DNA of 24,938 bases, taken from NCBI RefSeq assembly GCF_006345805.1, contig NW_021836271.1, positions 1 to 24,938 on the forward strand, in the 5' to 3' direction. The stretch comes from Octopus sinensis. Its lineage: Eukaryota. A program made the translations under genes and the position numbers. The notes beneath the pieces were generated by a model. That model saw only the letters and a program-made list of their open reading frames with translations, made no database searches and had not been told where the DNA came from. Below, piece by piece: positions 20,691-24,938 of this stretch (its first letter is position 1; the number at the start of each line of letters is the position of its first letter).

Positions 20691-21892
20691 TAATCTCATT
20701 ACAATTTAATTTCAATTGATATATTGAGCATTACTCTTGGCCCACTTTAGACGGCACTTAACTTTATGTCTTACAGAAAAAATCTCCTCCAAAATATTTC
20801 TATGTTAATGCAGAAAACAGCCACGTTAATCTAAACTAAATATATGCTGGGTTATCTTTCAAAATGTTTCAACATCCAATAACTTTTCATTATGCAATAG
20901 GCAATCATGTGGGCATTATCAATGGAACTGTATAAACGGTTAAAATATAATGTACCAAGAGCAGAACACACGTAAAAGAGTGTCTCTGCTTATAGTTGTA
21001 GAGAATTAATATTTCACAAGTTGAATTACATTATCGAGACATTTAATATAGCTATTACGACGTGTTATGAAATAGCTTGAAATAAGACATCCAATTACAG
21101 CTGCGTGTTTCCAGATTCGTGTCAAAAGATTAGCATTTGCTGTCATTCCGCTTTGACAGTTTCGTACTTGTATTCAATTAATAAATTAATATTCTTTCTG
21201 TCTCTCGTCTCGGGAGATAATTCAAATTAACGATACTCGGTAATGCCCCGTCAGTAAAACAGAGTGTCGTTTTGTATGATTCCAATGTAAATCAGCAAAG
21301 ACACCTGATGTTGACACCAATTCCCCAAACAAATAGTCCAAATATTTGCTAGTATCCTCTGGGAGGGCGACTATTCATGAAAACATTTTAATCAATTTTA
21401 AATCTATTGGAAAATTTAAACGTTTGAATACAGACAATGAAGTTGTATTCCGTTAAGAAAGAAACTTAATATAAAATATATCACTGGAAACCAAAACAGT
21501 ACATATCATTGATATGTCGTCTGCCAACGAACAGTGTCTATAATTAAGATATGGTTTCATTTGTCAGTTCCAATTACATACATATAATATCTTCCTTTAT
21601 GTAATAAATGAACTGTTAGACATCATTAAAACTTTATTTTGTGTATCCGTGTAAACATTACACGTTAAAATTACCTTAAATTTGTTCTTCTCGCGTAGAT
21701 AAGGATATCAAGGAAAACAAAATCTAGTGTAATATTTGTAGCCATTTGAATATGGCTGTCCGTTCGAGTGGATTTCTACTGCGGTTTTTTAACCCCAAGA
21801 GGACATCTCTTCTAACTGGTTAACGATGCGCACCCGCATCCGATGAAACTGCGAGCGATGGAGTGAATCCCTTCCGTCTCCTAGCGACCGGA

Positions 21893-21943
21893 CCAGTAGA
21901 CCAGTCCTGGTCTCGGGCAATTACTGCCACTCCTCAGTACTCT
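21893..21943 (-). ncRNA. Second type I hammerhead motif, core variant (GAAA to GAGA, shortened stem I)
   Basis: Minus strand AGTA-CTGAGGA-GT-GGCA-GTAAT-TGCC-C-GAGA-CCA-GGAC-TGG-TC-TACTGG. Confidence 0.65.
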
Positions 21944-21954
21944 AGCAGACGAAG

Positions 21955-22011
21955 AGTCCAGTACTGATGCGTCGCAGAAATAGCTCGAAACCAGGACTGG
22001 TCTACTGGGCT
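21955..22011 (+). ncRNA. Type I hammerhead ribozyme motif, core variant (A9 to C)
   Basis: Stem I AGTCCAGTA/TACTGGGCT (9 bp, one G.U). Core CTGATGC-G..C-GAAA. Stem III ACCA-GGAC-TGGT. GUC cleavage triplet ending at 22002. Stem II is poorly paired. Confidence 0.72.
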
Positions 22012-22036
22012 GTTGCTAGGAGATGGATAAAAAAAA

Positions 22037-22336
22037 GGATGAAAGTGAAAGGCAAAGTCGACCTCGGCGGAATTTGAACTCAGAACGTAACGGCAGACGA
22101 AATAACTATTTCTTTACTACTCACAAGGGGCTAAACACAGAGAGGACAAACATGGTCAGACAAACGGATTAAGTCGATTACATCGACCTCAGTGCGTAAC
22201 TGGTACTGAATTTATCGACCCCGAAAGGATGAAAGGCAAAGTCGACCTCGGCGGAATTTGAACTCAGAACGTAACGGCAGACGAAATACGGCTACGCATT
22301 TCGCCCGGCGTGCTAGCGTTTCTGCCAGCTCGCCGC
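22037..22336 (-). mobile_element. SINE family B, full length, with a 59-bp internal segment repeated at its 3' end
   Basis: 22046-22104 is identical to 22230-22288. The head GCGGCGAGCTGGCAGAAACG ends at 22336. Confidence 0.92.
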
Positions 22337-22343
22337 TTAAATA

Positions 22344-22558
22344 CATTGTTTCCTACTCTAGGCACAAGGCTTGAAATTTTGGGGGAGGGAGCCAGTCGAT
22401 TATATCGACCCAGTACGCAACTGGTGCTTAATTTATCGACCCTGAAAGGATAAAAGGCGATGTCGACCTCGGCGGATTTTGAACTCAGGACGTAAAGACA
22501 TACGAAATACATCTAAACATTTCGCCCGGTGTGCTAACGATATTGCTAACGCATCGCC
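22344..22558 (-). mobile_element. SINE family B (CTAGGCACAAG-tail subfamily)
   Basis: Collinear with 19160-19371. Confidence 0.9.
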
Positions 22559-22681
22559 TTATGTCAGTATTGATATAGTAATTATACTTAGTGGACGTTA
22601 TAAGAATCCAACCTTTCGAGGAGGGTCGTACAATGCCAGATAGAAATATTCTATCAACGACTTCGGAATATGACAATATAT

Positions 22682-23095
22682 TACTCTTTACTCTTTTACT
22701 CTTTTACTTGTTTCAGTCATTTGACTGTGGCCATGCTGTAGCACCGCCTTTAGTCGAGCAACTCGACCCCGGGACTTATTCTTTTGTAAGCCCAGTACTT
22801 ATTCTATCGGTCTATTTTTTCCGAACCGCTATGTAACGGGGACGTAAACACACCAGCATCGGTTGTCAAGCAATGCTAAGGGGACAAAAACAAACACACA
22901 GACATACACGCACACACACATATATATATATACATATATACTTCGGGCTTCTTTCAATTTCCGTCTACCAAATCCACTCACAAGGCATTGGTCGGCCCGG
23001 GGCTATAGCAGAAAACACTTGCCCAAGATGCCACGCAGTGGGACTGAACCTGGAACCATGTAGTTGGTTAGCAAGCTACTTACCACACAGCCACT
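22682..23095 (-). mobile_element. SINE family A, nearly full length
   Basis: Reverse complement of 3350-3812. Confidence 0.93.
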
Positions 23096-23182
23096 TATAT
23101 ATATATAAAATTTAAATAACAAGGGTGATAAATTGAATATTGATTTAATTAACATCAATTTAAAACCAGTGGCCTAGGTTTT

Positions 23183-23238
23183 AGGAAAACTGTATTACAT
23201 GCATATATTAAGGAAAACTGTATTACATGCATATATTA
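23183..23238. repeat. Perfect 28-bp tandem duplication
   Basis: AGGAAAACTGTATTACATGCATATATTA twice. Confidence 0.95.
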
Positions 23239-23567
23239 ATTCTTTATTTTGTATATTTTCATTTGTCTTACGCGTTCATATTCTGGTGTTTGCTCAATTT
23301 TTCTAGAGAACATTCTTTTCATTTGTGGTTGGATCGTAGGTGATCTATTTCTAGCATATTGGATGTCCACTTAGTGGTCATTCCTTCTTATACGCGAACT
23401 TCCACCATGGGTCATCACAATGCTTAAGGTAAAAATGAATTCTCGCTCTTCGGAAAATCAATCTTCTGTATTGACCGCTTTCAACCAATTGATCTGTTTT
23501 TTGTATTGAAATAACGTATCGCCACCGTGGGGGCCACTGCATCGAACACTTTGACCTATACTTCAAA

Positions 23568-23611
23568 CTATATATCAATTATACATGAACTATATATCAA
23601 CTATACATGAA
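23568..23611. repeat. 22-bp tandem duplication (1 mismatch)
   Basis: CTATATATCAAYTATACATGAA twice. Confidence 0.92.
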
Positions 23612-23814
23612 CTCTAAGATGTCTGACTCCGTTGTGTATTATAAATGAATTTCTTGTGTTTGACGGCATGAGCTGTCTCTTTTTATATATAACTTTTTTT
23701 GATAATAGGTTCATTTCAGGAACTGAAACATGTTATAATGTATATATAAAAATTAAAAACTGTATAATACAGCAGCATTTTCGAACTTCATTTTTTACAA
23801 ATATATAATATATA

Positions 23815-24207
23815 TACTTTTACTTGTTTCAGTATGTTTGACTGCGGCATGCTGGAGCACCGCCTTAATCGAGCAAATCGACCCTGGGACTTATCTTTTG
23901 TAAGCCCAGTACTTATTCTATCAGTCTCTTTTGCCGAACCGCTAAGTAACGGGGACATAAACACACCAGCACAATGCTAGGGGGACAAAAACAAACACAC
24001 AAACACACACACATACACATATATATATATATATACATATATACAACAGGCTTCTTTCAGTTTCCGTCAACCAAATCCACTCACAAGGCATTGGTCGGCC
24101 CGGGACTATAGCAGAAGACACTTGCCCCCAAGATGCCACCCAGTGGGACTGAACCCGGAACCATGTGGTTGGTTAGCAAGCTACTTACCAACAGCCACTC
24201 CCGCGCC
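23815..24207 (-). mobile_element. SINE family A, full length
   Basis: Reverse complement of 3350-3812, with the head GGCGCGGGAGTGGCTGT ending at 24207. Confidence 0.93.
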
Positions 24208-24335
24208 GATATATATATATATCTAGATATATATATATATATATATATATAATGTATAATATATATGTAGTATGTAGGTATGTAAACGTATACATATGGA
24301 TGTGTGTGTATATATATGTGTGTGTATGTATGTTC
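24208..24335. repeat. (TA)n/(TG)n microsatellite
   Basis: Directly visible. Confidence 0.93.
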
Positions 24336-24654
24336 ATATTGGTAAGGCCCATTTTTCTTTTTCTTCTGTCACTCAATCTTGTTAACCCTTGCTTCTCTCT
24401 TATAAAAAGGTGTCACAAGAAACGCCAGAGTTCCTCCTGTTTCTTCTTTTACTGCATCAAATTTCATTCTACTCTCCACTTGTTTTCGTTTTTGCTTTTT
24501 CCTTTTCTTTTTTGCTTCATATTTCTACCCCTTTCAGTCAGTATTTTTTTTATATTTGTTTACCTGGAATTTTCTCCCTGTCCTGTGTGTGACTATTCGA
24601 TATGTATCTATGTATATATCTAGCAGTTACACACAGAACAGGAATAAAATAAAA

Positions 24655-24704
24655 TACTACATATAACATATATATAATATGGTGTATGTATGTATGTATA
24701 TATT

Positions 24705-24786
<82 letters not shown>

Positions 24787-24938
24787 ATAGAAATAGAGAG
24801 AGAAATATATATATATATACATATATATATACATATAATTAAACATATAAACGGATATATATGTGTGTGGTGTATGTATATTACGTATATATATGAATGC
24901 ACATAAACATATAAAAATATATACAAATACATGTATAC
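24655..24938. repeat. (TA)n-rich microsatellite
   Basis: Directly visible. Confidence 0.95.

Larger units (their letters stand above)
21873..22027. repeat. 155-bp imperfect palindrome (probable Penelope-like inverted terminal hairpin)
   Basis: Arms pair over most of their length, including a perfect 19-bp block CCAGTAGACCAGTCCTGGT/ACCAGGACTGGTCTACTGG. The centre is at ~21944-21952. Confidence 0.9.

Overview
This is AT-rich, repeat-dominated, non-genic or intronic eukaryotic DNA. It is most likely from an octopus or another coleoid cephalopod; that is an inference from recognising the SINE families, not a database result. No host protein-coding gene can be supported. Nearly all ORFs in the supplied track are microsatellite read-throughs or fall inside SINEs. 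The only clearly protein-like segments are dead fragments of an RLE-type (R4/Dong-like) non-LTR retrotransposon and a probable Penelope-like GIY-YIG relic. The window holds long (TA)n, (CA/TG)n, (GATA)n and (AAT)n tracts, at least three tRNA-type SINE families, a ~520-bp defined-end element with no pol III boxes, and a Helitron-like non-autonomous element. Three things stand out. (1) (AAT)n tracts act as polarised insertion 'trains': R4/Dong ends, an internal R4/Dong piece, a SINE and the 520-bp element all read on the AAT strand. (2) Two short local sequences have been copied in inverted orientation starting from an (AAT)n tract, one with a 49-bp flanking duplication and microhomology junctions. 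(3) A 155-bp palindrome carries two complementary-defective type I hammerhead ribozymes. Family names are from pattern recognition and need HMM or BLAST confirmation. Boundaries of old repeats are approximate.
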